A stretch of DNA of 64,000 nucleotides. Origin: Octopus sinensis (lineage: Eukaryota). Every line of letters begins with the position of its first letter. Positions within the stretch are counted from its first letter, which is position 1. The position numbers and the translations under genes are program-made. The notes under the pieces are model-generated. The model did not search any database. It was not told the origin of the DNA and saw nothing but the letters and a program-made list of their open reading frames with translations. This document shows positions 39,856 to 54,140 of this stretch, one piece after another. Location of the stretch: NCBI RefSeq assembly GCF_006345805.1, contig NC_043012.1, forward strand, positions 28,706,001 to 28,770,000, written 5' to 3'.

Positions 39856-40469
39856 GCGTGTGTTTCTTTATGCCGTGAGTGGTGCGTGTGTATGTAGATG
39901 TGTGTGAGTATTTGTATGTAGTGTTTTAATGAGAAGATTGAAGTGGAGAGGCAAAGACGACGACGTTCCGCTACTTTTCAGCTCAGTAGGGGAGAGGGTT
40001 TTAGCGTCGAACATCATTGATCCCCAACCTCTCGGACCGAAGAGAACACCAAGTTCTGTAAGTGATTAACTCATTCATTCACTGATATATTATACATACA
40101 TATATATACATACTTACGTACGAACAGACAGACAGACATACACACATACACATAAAAACACATACATGTATACATATACACACAACATATATATATATAT
40201 TATATATATAGAAATATGTATATATACATATATATATACATATATGTATATATACATATATGTTTATACATATATATATCTACATTATATATATATATAT
40301 ACATATATGTATATATACATATATATTATATATAATATATATATATAATAAGATATATATATAACATTGTATGTATATATATATGTACATATATATATAA
40401 TATATACATATATATTATATATATATATATCTATAGATATATGTACAAATATATATATATACATATATA

Positions 40470-40501
<32 letters not shown>

Positions 40502-40802
40502 GATATATATATATATTATTCTATATATTATATAAGCGCTGGGGACTGCACACATACACGTGAATGAATATACCATACACATGCGTTCTATGTGTGTGTA
40601 TGTGTGAATGTATATGTGCTTGTGTGTGTGTGTGTGCGGGCGGGTATTTGTGGGTGTATACATGTGTGCGTGTTAGATTGTTTATGTTTGCCTTTAACAG
40701 CAATCTCTACAGTTTTGCAGACATGCAAGCTCTGAGAGTATACTATCTGTGTATGTGTGAGAGTGTATATGTGCGCTTGTGTCTGTGTGTGCGTGTGTGT
40801 GT

Positions 40803-40843
<41 letters not shown>

Positions 40844-41017
40844 TGCGCGTGTGTGTGTGTGTGCGTGTGTGTGTGTGTGTGTGTGCGTGAGTATGTTCTA
40901 TAATGAGTGATGGGTGCAGGGAGTGTAATGAAAGGGCACCAATGACAGATGTGCCCGACAAACAGATCGAGCAGTAGCGAGATTACCCAGACACACACAC
41001 ACACACATATAGACAAC

Positions 41018-41048
<31 letters not shown>

Positions 41049-41101
41049 CAGGGAGAGAGAGCAGGGAGAGAGAGAGAGCAGGGAGAGAGAGAGAGGCATA
41101 G

Positions 41102-41134
<33 letters not shown>

Positions 41135-42329
41135 TAAAAAGTAGAGAGATACAGATTCATAAACGTCTCAGTAGCAGAATGAGAAAATTAGAAAATAAAT
41201 TGAATTCTTTGCTCGTCATCTGATATTCTTGATGTATTTATTCGAGTCTGTCTTTTGGGAATTATACCCTGCACTGTATGTGGTGATTGTGGTGGTTGAA
41301 TTGGTGGTGTTGTCAGCGATGATGGTACTGGTGATGACGGTGGTGTTACAGGCTGTAATGGTGATGAAGATGATGACGCTGGTGACGTTGGGAGAACGAT
41401 GTTCATGATGTTGTTAAGAGTTGCTGTTAGTGGTAGACGTAGTAGTAATGATGATTATGATGGTGATGATAATGATAATAAGGGTGTCAGAAGTGGTGGT
41501 TCCTACGATGGTCTTCTGGTTGAAGATGTTGCTAATGGTGGCGATGGTGATGATGTCGCTGTGGTTAATGGTGCTGCTGTTACTAATGCTATTGTTTGGA
41601 GGCTGATCAGCTCTGATAGACGTGGTGGCAGAGGTGGTCGTTTTAGTGACAACATAATAATGCTGATAAAGGAGGTAGTTGTGGTGGTGGTTTTAGAGAC
41701 TGTGGTTGTGGTGGTAGTAGTAGTGATGGCGTTGTTGTTGTTGTTGTTGGTGGTGGTGGTTGTAGTGACAATATAACTGAGTTGAGATCGTGGGTACAGT
41801 GGCAATTAATGTTAGAGGTGTTGGTTAGGGTGACAATGTTTGTAATAATGGTGCTGCAAGAAATTGTGCTTATAACGATGATGCTTGTGGCAGTGATGGA
41901 AGAATTAATGCTTTTGTGCTTGTGATGATTATGCTGCTTGGATATATAGTTTTAGTAGCGGTAACTAATAAACCTCCAGCCTCCTCGAATAAACCTATGA
42001 TAAAGATTTTAAATTTTGACCGCCTCATCTTTTTTCTAGATGTTGCCTCGAATTGCTAATGTCTTTTTTGAAGACAGCTGCATTGTCAGTTGGAAGAGGT
42101 TTGCCATTAACTTCTGGCTGCTTTAATCCACGTAGCGACCGTTATCGTCGTCACATTTGCAATAGTTGTTTACGAAATTAGGTGAAACTGTTTTTGTTGT
42201 TGCTATTGTCCTTATCTGCTGGTCAATCCTGAACGAGCAAACGATTATTAAAGACATTCCAGCTATGATCATGCTAAATGTCTGTACTCAGTACTTTAAT
42301 CTTTTCTTTCGAAAAGTATATATTATCAT

Positions 42330-42530
42330 AAGCTGGCAGAATCGTTAGCACTCTGGGTGAAATGCTTAGCGGTATTTCGTCAGCTGCTACGTTCTGAGTT
42401 TAAATTCCGCCGAGGTCGACTCTGCCTTTCATCCTTGCGGGATCGATTAAAACTAGTTACGCACTGGAGTCGATGTAATTGACTTCATCCCTTTGTCTAT
42501 CCTTGTTTGTCCCCGCTATGTTTAGCCCCT
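42330..42530 (+). mobile_element. SINE family B
   Basis: ctggcagaatcgttagcac...gtttaaattccgccgaggtcgactctgcctttcatcc. Confidence 0.82.
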
Positions 42531-42541
42531 TAAATATTTTA

Positions 42542-42708
42542 TAGGCGCAGGAGCGGCTGTGTGGTAAGTAGCTTGCTTACCAACCACATGGTTCCGGGTT
42601 CAGTCCCACTGCGTGGCACTTTGGGCAAGTGTCTTCTACTATAGCCTCGGGTCGACCAATGCCTTGTGAGTGGATCTGGTAGCCGGAAACTGAAAGAAGT
42701 CCGTCGTA

Positions 42709-42756
<48 letters not shown>

Positions 42757-42785
42757 GGTGTGTGTGTGTGTGTGTGTGTGTGCGC

Positions 42786-42817
<32 letters not shown>

Positions 42818-43022
42818 ATGTGTGTGCGTTTATCTCCCCCCTCCCGTAACATCGCTTGACATGAGATGCTGGTATGTTTATGTCCCCGTAACTTAGCGGT
42901 TCGGCAAAAATAGCGATAGAATAAGTACTAGGCTTAAGTACTGGGGTAGATTTGCTCGACTAAAAGGTGGTGCTCCAGCATGGCCGCAGTCAAATGACTG
43001 ATACGAGTAAAAGAATAAAAGA
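42542..43022 (+). mobile_element. SINE family A, full length
   Basis: A/B-box head, CORE-like cactttgggcaagtgtctt, central (TA)/(TG) tract, conserved tail. Confidence 0.88.
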
Positions 43023-43515
43023 AAATATATATAAAGAATGGGAGAAAGAAAGGAAAAGACAATGAGGTTTAGTTTGAAAGAGAAAGATTGAACTGCTGTA
43101 ACTGGGAGGTGAAAGGAACACGAGGCTCTTGGCTCGTGCTAGTGACATAGGTAATGATAATGCTGTCGCTGCTACTGGTGCCTTTGATGATAATTATGAT
43201 GATAGAGGCGCGGTGGTGAGTGTGACGATCGTTGATTTGATTGTGGTTGGGACACTTTTGTTTGTATGCAACAGCTATAACATCTGAAAAAACGAAAACG
43301 CCAACATATATAAGCACACACACACACTCAGTCACACACACACACAGACACACACGGGCACATATACATACACACCAACTAGAGAATAACTTAGGGGAAC
43401 TTCTTGCTATGCATAAATTTTGCCTTTTTCGTCAGAGAACATACAACCGATCATAAGCTAATTCTACCTGCTTATGGTACGACACACATATACACATGTA
43501 TATTAATGTGTGTAT

Positions 43516-43561
<46 letters not shown>

Positions 43562-43671
43562 ATTATATACCTTCACACATACGTAGTGTAAAGTCGCAGC
43601 CAACGCAAACTTTTCAATAAATTTAACTCTTCTTTCAGTATTGTGTCTCTCATCAATAAATGCACTGTTAT

Positions 43672-43883
43672 TAGGCCAACTGGCAGAATCGTTAGCATGC
43701 CGAGCGAAGCGCTTAGCAGTATTTCGTCTGCCGTTACGTTCTGAGTTCAAATTCTGCCGAGGTCGACTTTGCTTTCACCCTTTCGGGGTCGATAAATTAA
43801 GTACCGGTTACGCACTGGGATCGATATAATCGACTAGTCCCCTACCCCATATTTCAGGCCTTGTGCCTATAGTAGAAAGGATT
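43672..43883 (+). mobile_element. SINE family B, full length
   Basis: Same head and core as 42330-42530. Confidence 0.85.
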
Positions 43884-43930
43884 ATTTTTGAACTTGGAAG
43901 CTCAATGTAAAATATGCATACATATTACAG

Positions 43931-44340
43931 ATATAGCGTGGCCGTGTGGTAAGAATTTTGTTTTCCAACTACATGGTTCTGGGTCCAATCCCATTGCGTG
44001 ACACCTTGGGCAAGAGTACTCTACTATAGCTTCAAGCCGACCAAACCTTGTGAGTGGATTGGATTTGGTAGACAGAAACTGAGAGAATCCCATCGTATAT
44101 ATACATATATCTATGTATGTCTTTATGTCTGCGTTTATCCCTCCTTACTGCTTGATAACCGGTGCTGGTGTGTTTCCGTCGCCGAAAACTAGCGGTTCGG
44201 CAAAAAGCTTTGGATAGAATAATTACCGGATTTAAAGAAATAAGTATTGGGATCGATTCATTGGAATAAATTTCTTCAAGATGGTTGTCCAGAATGGCCG
44301 TAGCCTAATGGTTGAAACAAGTAAAGGGTCGAAGGTAAAA
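43931..44340 (+). mobile_element. SINE family A, diverged
   Basis: tggccgtgtggtaag...gacaccttgggcaagagt...ctagcggttcggcaaaa. Confidence 0.75.
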
Positions 44341-46429
44341 TATATATATATTATATATATTATATTGTATAGTATTATATTATATATAAATGTATGTATG
44401 TATGTATGCCTTAGAAAACCTTAAGTACGAATAAATTATAGTGCAGTAAACTCATTCCTTCTCTGCTTTCGATGTGCAAAATAACTATGGGCGGTCCTCA
44501 AAGTGCGAAACAGTCTGTCTGGTGTCTTTTGCACCCGTTTTTCCCCACATGAAATACCTATTTCCACCGCAAATCTTTAAGAATTAATCATCTTAGAAAA
44601 TTCATACTGATAGTTTGAAAAACGAGTTGTTCATGAATTTATATAAAAAAAACCCTAATAAAGCGAGGTAAGGAATAGTTTTCTGTATTTTTCTTTTGAC
44701 ATTTTAAACTTTAAAATATAGTTTGCTTTTGTAAGTTTCTAAATAAGTGTACCAGTAAAATTTTACTTCCCATTAAAAGTATGCCTCTAATTTAGAATTG
44801 ATCTCCAGTGCACCGCGATTTCAAAATGTTGGAGAATAGCAAAGATAAAAATTTCAACAACAGTTCACGTCATCTCTTATGACTACGTCTATCCACAACG
44901 GAAACACACTTTTCCCTGTGTGTACAATAGAACATCAATCTTTACCATTATTAACACTGGCCAGATAAATACAAAATTAATTAAATAGAACTTTCTGCCC
45001 ACCCCACTAAGCCATGAGTCCCAGTATATTTTCATAAACAAAATAATGTGATTCAGTAACTCTTCTAGCTGAAAACCTCATAAAGAACTGAATTTATAGT
45101 TGCGAGCAGACTCTTAGTATTACCTTTTCTATCAGTTTCTAAGGGAGAATTATGAGAAAACGAGTGAATTCTTACCCGATCGCTCGAAATGCTACAAATA
45201 GCAACCATTCCATTCAAATCATACCCTACCCTCTTACAAAAAACAGAAACATATTAGAAAATATTGTTCGATATGATACTATATCTGAATAATGCACAAG
45301 ATGGTTACGGCCGAAAGACGTGTTATCATAAATCTTCTTGAGCAGGGTTAGTCTGGGACTAAACAAAAACTCTTTTAATCTATCACCTCGATCATCTGTG
45401 GCATATTTGTGTATGTGTGTGTGTGTGAGAGAGAGAGACAGAGAGAGAGAAACAGAGACAGAGACAGACAGATAGAGACAGACAAAGTGAAAGCGAGAGA
45501 GAGGGAGTGTGTGTGAATGCGTGAGTGTCTACGTATGTATGTATGTATTTATGTATGTATTATGCATGCATGCAAATATGTATGTATGTATATATGTGTG
45601 CGCGTGTATGTATGTATGTATGTGTGTGCGCGTGTATGTATGTATGTATGTGTGTGCGAGTGTATGTATGTATGTATATGTGTGCGAGTGTATGTATGTA
45701 TGTATGTGTGTGCGAGTGTATGTATGTATGTATGTATGTATGTATGTATGTATGTATGTATGTGTGTGTATGTATGTATGTATGTATGTATGTATGTGGG
45801 AAAATGGATTGATGAATGAATGGCTGTGTGTTTTTAAGTGATTCTAAGACTTATCTTTTATTTGTATATTTACAGAGAATTAAATATCATTTGTAAGAAA
45901 ATTTACCCAATTTTCTAATTTTCCTTTGTGCGTAGATATATCCTATTACAATGTTACTATTTTTACAGGGTGTCACTGCCATGCTATTATCTTCACAGAC
46001 TCTTTGAGAAATAACATTCTAAATTAGTTTGATGCCCTCAAAATAAAAATTAAAAAAGTTAACCTGAAATACGTCAATAACAAAACGCAAACCTTATTTC
46101 TAATAAATTACTCGTTTTCCAGTCTCCTTGCATCTATGCTTCTTAACGTCAGAAATTTCTTGGAAACTTCTTTTCATAATAGCTGATTTTCTTATATCAA
46201 ACAAGTTATAAATACAAATATATTGATGGTCAATTACTTATTTTCTCTATGTTGATGCCATGAACGAAAGTTTAGATATCTGAGCAAAGTTTTGAGATAT
46301 TGTGCAACTTAAACAAAATACAAGAGAAAAAAGTAAAAGAAAGCTTTTTTTAAATGATCAGAGTCAGATATTTAAAGAGTAATTTTCGATATTTCTAAGT
46401 TCTTGAAAGTTCTTCAAAGTTCAAGTCGT

Positions 46430-47095
46430 GAAAGACTAATCTCAAGATACTGTATCAAATTCTGTCAAAATCTTGGGGATACGCAAGCCCAGACTATCGA
46501 TAAAATTCAGAAGGCCTTTGAAGGTGATGCTATGGGAAAACACAAGTAAAGGAGTGGTACAACCGGTTCAAAGATAACCGCAACCTAGTGGGCAGTGAGT
46601 CACATTGTGACAGACCATCGACCATCAGAAATGACAAAATGATTGCAAAAGTTCGAGAAATAGTCTATGAAGACCGCTGTGTGACTATTGAGGAGATTGT
46701 TGCCGAAGTTGCAATCGGCCATGGGACAGTTCAGTCAGTCCATTCCGCTCACGTCGTCCAAGTATTGCTCGTCAATCAAAATACACTTGTTCTTCTGGCT
46801 TCCTACTCCTCAGACTTGGCACTGTGTGACTTTTGGCTATTCCAATAGCTCAAAAATACACTCAAAGGGCGAAGTTTTGAGTCAACAGAGAGCATTAAGC
46901 AAAATTCGACGGCCCAGCTCTATAGAATCCTAAAACGTTTCCAGAAATGTTTCCAGCAGTGGCAGGAATGCCAGCAGAAGTGTGTAGACTCTCAAGGCGA
47001 AGACTTTGAAGGAGACTAAATTAAAATGGTAAGTTTTTTTAAGTATTACTTGTTTTTTAGCCAAAAGGTCGGATACTTTTTGACTACACCTTGTA
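46430..47095 (+). mobile_element. Internally deleted mariner
   Basis: YCIKFC, EWYNRFK, RPST, SYSSDLALCDFWLF, LKGRSF and KCVDSQGEDFEGD; 3' end resembles a mariner TIR. Confidence 0.8.
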
Positions 47096-47204
47096 TGTGT
47101 ATACTTAGAAATACACGCATACTGTGTGTGCGTGTGTGTGTGTGCGTGCGTGTATGTGTGTGTGTGTGCGTGCGCGTATGTGTATGTGTGTGTGTGCGTG
47201 TGTG

Positions 47205-47620
47205 TATCTTTTATCATTTGTTTCAATCATTTTACTCCGGTGATGCTGGAGCACCGCCTTGAAGGATTTCAGCTGAATAAATCGACCCCAGAATTTATTT
47301 AATTATTTCTAAGCCTAGTACTTATTTTATCGGTCTCTTTAGCCGAACTGCCAGGTTACAAGAACGTAAACAAACCCACACATGTTGTCAGGCGGTGGTG
47401 GGAGACAAACACAGACACAAAGACACCCACACATACACGTATACACACACGCACATATACGATAGGCTTCCTTCAGTTTCCATCTACTAAATCCACTCAC
47501 AGGGCTTTGGTTGGCCCAAGGCTATAATAGAAGATACTTGCACAAGGTGCCACGCAGTGGGACAGAACCCGGTACCATGTGGTTGGGAAGTAAGTTTCAT
47601 ACCACACAACCACAACTGCA
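47205..47620 (-). mobile_element. SINE family A
   Basis: Full family A order on the minus strand. Confidence 0.8.
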
Positions 47621-47639
47621 AGGACTCCCCCAACTACTT

Positions 47640-48793
47640 TGACATTCCAATGGGTCAATGGACTCGGCCTAAATTACCGGCCTCGCGAGATGCTACCTAC
47701 TCCTTTACCTCTTGGACCAATTCCTTAATCTTTCCGGAAGTGTATAGAGGGACGATGCTCTGTTTGCGTTCCCGAACTTTGGTAACCAGGAGGTCGCACA
47801 GCTGCGTAAGCGAATTATAGTCTTCTTTAAAAACCTGGGCCTTGAAACCTCAAATTTCATTTATGTCACTCTGGATTTACAAAACAACATATTCTATCCT
47901 TACCATAAACTGGGAAAAAACGTAAATTATTTTAGCTTTTCTTCTAATTCCCATACTCTGTCTCAAAATCCTTTATGAACAGTGTGTCCTATAGGATCTC
48001 ATCCTCATCCGTTAATAAGGAAATATTCGAGCAATACGCAGAATACTACAACAGCGCTGTACACCGTGCAGGATATAAAAATTCGATCAGATACCTCTTT
48101 ATATGGAGAGATCCTCCCCCACCCCCACCACCACCACCACCACCTGAGCCTGCCACCACAGATACCTCTGTCCCCGAGGCATCCCTCGTAGTCCACTCCC
48201 CACCAAAGTTAACCTTAGTAGCAAACTCAATATGCACTTCTCCCATTCTGAGAATCAGGATCCAAAATCCGCTGCTGCAGCGCGCACCTCTCTGCCCCAA
48301 GTCATACGCGCGTAACCTCTTAGGACGGAATAAACGGACCAGGATATGCGATATTATTTGGTTTCACAACCACCTTACCTTTAATTTTCAAACCCGACTA
48401 CATAAGCTTTTCTTTGCTCTGCTTGTAAAACATTTCCCTAGATCCCATGCCATTAGGTAAATCTTCAACCTCCACTTTATTAAATTTCTCTACTCCACCA
48501 TTACTAACATTGCCAGTATAATCCAACTTTCTAACAATAAAAGACCTACGTAGGCGCAGGAGTGGCTGTGTGGTAAGAAGCTTGCTTCCCAACCACACGG
48601 TTCCGGGTTCAATCCCACTGCAAAGACTGCGAGGAACCTTGGGCAGGTGTCTTCTACTATAGCGTTGGGCCGACCAAAGCCTTGTAAGTGGATTTGGTAG
48701 ACGGAAACTGAAAGAAGCCCGTCGTGTATATATATATATATGTGTGTGTATGTATATATATATATATATATATATGTATATGTATATATATAA

Positions 48794-48847
<54 letters not shown>

Positions 48848-49800
48848 GCATGTATTTGTGTGTCTGTTTGTCCGCCCCACCATCGCTTGACAACCGACGT
48901 TGGTATGTTTACGTCCCCGTAACTTTAGCGGTTCCGCAAAAGATACCGATAGAATAAGTACTAGGCTTACAAAGAATAAGCCCTGGGGTCTATTTCTTCG
49001 ACTAAAGGTGGTACTCCAGCATGAGCGCAGTCAAATGACTGAAACAAGTAAAAGAATAAAAGAACCAGCAATTAGTTAACCTTTATGATATAAGTACAAC
49101 ACATTATAATCCTCAACGCACTCCCTCACACCTTTAAACCTTCTTAACAATGTCGACACCTCCCAGCCCCAATCCTAATACACCGCCCAATCCCCATAAC
49201 CAACCTAACGATCCAGCTATACCGACTACTGAAGGAGTGAATGATAGGAATAATATCGAGAGCTACTATAAGCTACCACCCAGATGACGGCTCCCTCGCC
49301 ACCACTAAAAATACCAGTCTTAGCGCTGAGGCTAATACTAAATATAATACCCGGTGAACCCCAGGTAATCGAAAGCCCACAAACTCTTAGTGTTCTCTGG
49401 AAGTCTATGCAGCTGTAGATCCCCCACCTCCTGACCCTGGAAAATAAATACCTCATGAAAAATATAGTATTTAAGCTTATTTAAGCTTACCGTTCCACGG
49501 AAGCATCCAAGTTTGTATATATATATATATCGGCTCGTACAGCACCACCTTCAAGGTCAAAATTACTAACCACTATTCTAGCTTCAGATCTCAAACGAAA
49601 ACTAATAATACCTCTTTATCTAGGCTTATCCATTACCTAAAAAATGGTCCATTGCTACTCATACCAAACCGTATAACATATAACAAATACTTCTGCATCA
49701 CAGAAGTCTTATCTTTTATGCAATGCAGCAACTGCCTTTATTGAACGAAGCGACCTTATTTTTAATTGCCGGCGCAAATTATGTAATACCTTCTTAAGAT
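47640..49800 (+). mobile_element. Degenerate PLE of a second clade, interrupted by a SINE
   Basis: IPMG, YR.DDAL, RISSSSVNKEIF...AGY and IIWF...LVKHFP before 48550. GIY-YIG-like TFKVKITNHYSSFR...TSLSRLIHYLK at about 49540-49650. Confidence 0.65.
48551..49062 (+). mobile_element. SINE family A inserted in the PLE
   Basis: Full-length head and tail. Confidence 0.85.
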
Positions 49801-50809
49801 ACAAATACATTCTACCTCACCGATAATTCCCTTGCTAATCCTCCTATATGTCCTCCCACTTGAATTTCTTCAACGTATTTATAACAGTTATTTTTTTTAA
49901 GCTATCTATATATTTCCTTAACTTTGTGATATCTTTATATCTTCATTTTGTATACAGAAATAAGCATGCGCGCGCGAGTATACAACCTTCAACTCCTAAC
50001 TCCTTCTTTTCTTCCTCCTCTTCTTTCTTAACAACTCCACCCGACTCCCACTACTAAATTTTTGAGCTCTTCCTTTTAATTTCTTTTGTTTTTCTTGGCC
50101 ATGTCTTCTTTTCTAAATCTTTTTCTGTATAAATGTTTACGCATGGATGCACCTAAGTACCGATGTACTTTTGACACACTAAAGTGGTCCCAGCTTAATA
50201 TTCAGAAGGACCCTTCCCTTAAAGTCATTATCCATCTACATTAAATCTCCCCTCTCCCCACCTTTCATTTTCTTTATTTTTAACAATTTTAAACAAATTC
50301 CCTACCCACAAATATTTTGCTTTTTCACTTTTCTTGCTTACTGACCATCTTATTTCTTCAAACATTTGTTTTGTTTTTCTTTTTATTTGATTTTTCTACT
50401 CTGTTCTTTTGACTTCGCCACTCATTTCAAATTATATCTTCGAAGAGTTAACTTGGGATTCCTTAACGACATTGTAACCTTCATATGGTTAAGGTATCCT
50501 CCGCCTGACGAATGACTAGCTGCATGCCTCTCGTTGAGTAAATATTATATCAGAGGATCTGCTAGCTAGGAAACATATGTAGCCTGGATTTTACTTGCTC
50601 CACTCCCTCAGTTTGGATTTTTATTCGCATTCATAGCGATTCAAGTTGCTAATCAAGCTATACAATTTTTTTCCAGCTTATCGAATTTCAATATGGGAAA
50701 AGCCCACAACCTTAGCCAATAACTTATTGTTCCTGAACGTTGATTTTTATACCTACCACGGACTGCTCGAAACTTACAAACTCTACACTTAGATCATTAT
50801 ATCTTATAG

Positions 50810-50936
<127 letters not shown>

Positions 50937-51109
50937 GTTGGCAAGAAAGTAATTTCGTTTTTTGCAAATTGGGTGACAATTCTTTTGAATGCCTTTTGCC
51001 AATATTACGACTTTTTCCTTTTAACATTTAGAAATAAATCGCGCATAATTTTGTTTACAGCTGTTGGTTCAGTGTCAGTTTTAACATGGAGTGCGAAAAT
51101 GAACATTTT

Positions 51110-51208
51110 TGCATGGCATCTTGGGCAGATGTCTTCTACTATAGCCTCGGGCCTACCAAAGCCTTGTCGATGGTTTTGGTAGACAGAAACTGAAAGAAAC
51201 ACTTCGCA

Positions 51209-51268
<60 letters not shown>

Positions 51269-51485
51269 CGTCTTTGTGTATGTGCTTGTCCCACCCCACC
51301 ACCACCGCTTGACAACGAGTGCAGGTTGTTTACGTCCCTGCATCATAGCGGTTCCACAAAATAAACCGATTAAGTAAGAACCAAGCGTAACAAAAATAAG
51401 TATTAGAGTCAATACATTCGACTGCAGCCATGCGATACCCCGGCATAGCTGCAGTCTAATGACAAATAAAAGGATAAAAGATAAC
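51110..51485 (+). mobile_element. SINE family A, 5'-truncated
   Basis: ggcatcttgggcagatgtcttctactatagcctcggg...cgcttgacaacg. Confidence 0.7.
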
Positions 51486-51599
51486 AGGGGTGCGTACATA
51501 TATGTTGCTATATTGATCAGCACCCAGCTGACATTCATAAAAACAAAATCGAGACAGACGACAGACTGAAGGCAACGAAACTGAGGCTGACGTTGACGA

Positions 51600-51785
51600 G
51601 ATTAACGAGAGGGGTTAGTCAGTTACATCGACCCCAGTGTTTCACTGGTACTTATTTCATCAACTCCGAAGGAATTAAAGGAAAAGTCATCTTCGGCGGA
51701 ATTTGAACTCAGAAGGGAAAGCCAGACGAAATGCCGCTTAGCATTTCTCCCAGCATGCTAAAGATTCTGCCAGCCAACCACCTTA
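51600..51785 (-). mobile_element. SINE family B
   Basis: ttacatcgaccccagtg..ctggtacttattt...cggcggaatttgaactcagaa...gattctgccagc. Confidence 0.75.
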
Positions 51786-52014
51786 AACCTGATTAAATAC
51801 TAAAAAAAAACAAAGGATAGTTTAAGCAGTATTTATTATTTACATGTAATGCTACTCGTCATTATAAATTGCATTATATAAATTATTGGTTACGCCATAA
51901 TTAATATAATGCAATTTATAGAACAATACATTTTCTAGCTCAGCTCCTGATCCCAAACTATATTCACGGTGTTAATATTATTAGTTCATGAGTATCAAAA
52001 CATGATTTACTTAC

Positions 52015-52271
52015 TAATATTGAGTACTTCACCAAATACATTAGTGGTGTTAAAAGTTGTACAATTCCAGCGGCGGCTTCGAAACTGATGTTGGCATTCA
52101 CTAATTCCTATTGCTGCTCCTTTAGTAATGACTTCTAAAAGTTTGTCTTCCGTGTTGCACAAATCTCGCTGGCGTGGCAGTAAGAAACTGAGGCTGGAGC
52201 ATCTTCTCTGTTTGCCATTTTGTTTAACTTCGACTGGAATTGTCTGGTATGAACTGGCCAGACCAAGGTAC
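52015..52271 (-). CDS. WntA: Wnt coding exon (first conserved exon after the signal-peptide exon)
   Basis: Acceptor ttgcag|G at 52272/52271 and donor ATT A|gtaagt at 52015/52014. Encodes YLGLASS...CSSLSFLLPRQRDLC...GAAIGISECQHQFRSRRWNCTTFNTTNVFGEVLNI, with the Wnt ECQxQFRxRRWNC motif. 257 nt (1+255+1). Wnt family is near certain; the subfamily call is less so. Confidence 0.93.
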
Positions 52272-52339
52272 CTGCAATGTAACAAAGTTTAATAACAGTT
52301 CAAACAATGCTGTAGAGAGGTATTTTTTGCTTTTCTAAA

Positions 52340-52381
<42 letters not shown>

Positions 52382-52439
52382 GTTGTTGTTGTTGTTATTA
52401 CAGGATATGTAAAATATTGATTTAAAATTTCGGCAGTAT

Positions 52440-52620
52440 TTTCTTCGGAGGGGTAAGTTGATTACATCGACACCAGTGTTCAACTTGTACTTATTTAATC
52501 GACGCCGAAATAATGAAAAGAAAAGTCGATCCTAGCAGCATTTGAACTCCGAACATAAAGTTTGAAGAAATGTTGCGAAGCATTTTTTCGGTATAAAGAT
52601 TCTGCCAGTTCGCTGCCTTC
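52440..52620 (-). mobile_element. SINE family B, diverged
   Basis: ttacatcgacaccagtg...tttgaactc...gattctgccagttcgctgcc. Confidence 0.7.
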
Positions 52621-53199
52621 TAGGATATGTAAGATATCAATTGTTGTCTAACATATTGTTCGTGGTTGTAATTATGGTTATATAGGAATTTTCCAAAAGA
52701 TAGATGCTAACTGAACTGAATAACAGAATCTTGAATTAGAATCTTTGCATTGAGCACCAGAGATATAAGTTAAAACGTGTATTTTGCTTACTAAGAATGT
52801 TAGATATGAAACGAAGAGCATCGGTAAGGTGAATGTAAAAGTTACTTGTTTGATGAGCTGCAGTGTTCCATCGCACCAAAATACAGTTATGGTTTCGTAG
52901 ACTGATAAACAATATTCCCAAGTACTGTTTACAATCCAAAAGTATCGTGTCCAAAGGCATTTCAAATGAATATTTATAAACTTGATCACACAAATAATTT
53001 GCATCATCCAAGTATGTCGTAATATTTCCAGTTCACTAAGAAGGTGGGATGAAAAGTTCATAGGTCGATTATGAAGGAGTAATGCTAGAACTGTGAAAGT
53101 CTTGCATGCCGTAATTTCAACCCTTCTTGATTATAACCACATTGTTTATTTCCTGATAAACTGACTCTTCAAAGAAGACTTCAAATTTAACTAGTAATT

Positions 53200-54140
53200 T
53201 AACTTGAAAATCGACAAAATTTGACATCAGGGTGTTATCAAGAACCTGCAGAAAAACGGTTTTGTTCCCAACGACATTCATGCTGAAAGGGTTGCTACAG
53301 TAGGAGATAATGCTCCAGCTTTGTTAACAGTGTAAAAATGGGCAGCTGAATTGAGGACAAAACGGGAGAGTCTTGAAAATGTCTCAAGGTCTGGACGTTC
53401 TGCATCTTCCACCACCAAAGAGAACGTTGATCGTGTTTACGAGACGGTGGTAGTTGACAGGCGATTGACTATAAATCAAACAGCCAATGCTATTAGCATA
53501 TCCCGTGAGAGAGTTGGGAATATTCTGCGCAATGAGCTTGGCATGACGAAGGCTTTTGCTCGTTGGGTGCTACATCTTCTGACACCTAACCAAAAGCGCA
53601 CCAAACTGATCACATAACGATAAAATCTGATATTGCTCCAGGCAGATCCAGTTGGTTTCTTTGAATGTTTCCTAAGCCAGGATGATTGTTGGATTCAACA
53701 GTTTGAGCCAAAGACAAAGAGACAATCCAAGCAATGAAAACTCCATCTCTTCTGCTCCCAAAAAGGTCAAGGTTGTTTCATCTGTAGGAAAAATGACGGC
53801 CTTAGTTTTTTTAGTTTGCAAAAAGCATTGTGTTTATTGATTACCTTCAAAAGGGCCACCCCATCAAAGAAGAGTACTATGCCGTCTTGCTGAGGCACTA
53901 GGAAAGCTGACGGAAAGCGGTTTTATTTCATCTGGACAATGCTCCAGCACACAAATCCTTGGTTTCAATGGCTGCTGTGAGTGACTGTGCTTCTGAACTG
54001 GTTGATCACGCCTATTCCCCTGATTTGGTCCCAGCTGACTATCATCTGTTTCCCCAACATGGAAAACGCTTCGCTGAGGACCAGTATCACAGTGAGGATG
54101 ATGTCATATGTGCTGTTGATGACTTTTTTTACCAATCAGT
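53200..54140 (+). mobile_element. Degenerate mariner transposase
   Basis: RSGRS..STT.ENVDRV, ILRNELGM.K..ARWV.HLLT, HLDNAPAH and YSPDLVPADYHLFP. Confidence 0.85.

Noticed and set aside
41188-41900. Thr/Val-rich mucin-like ORFs
   Set aside because: Degenerate GGT/GAT/GTT triplet repeats with no splice or domain support.
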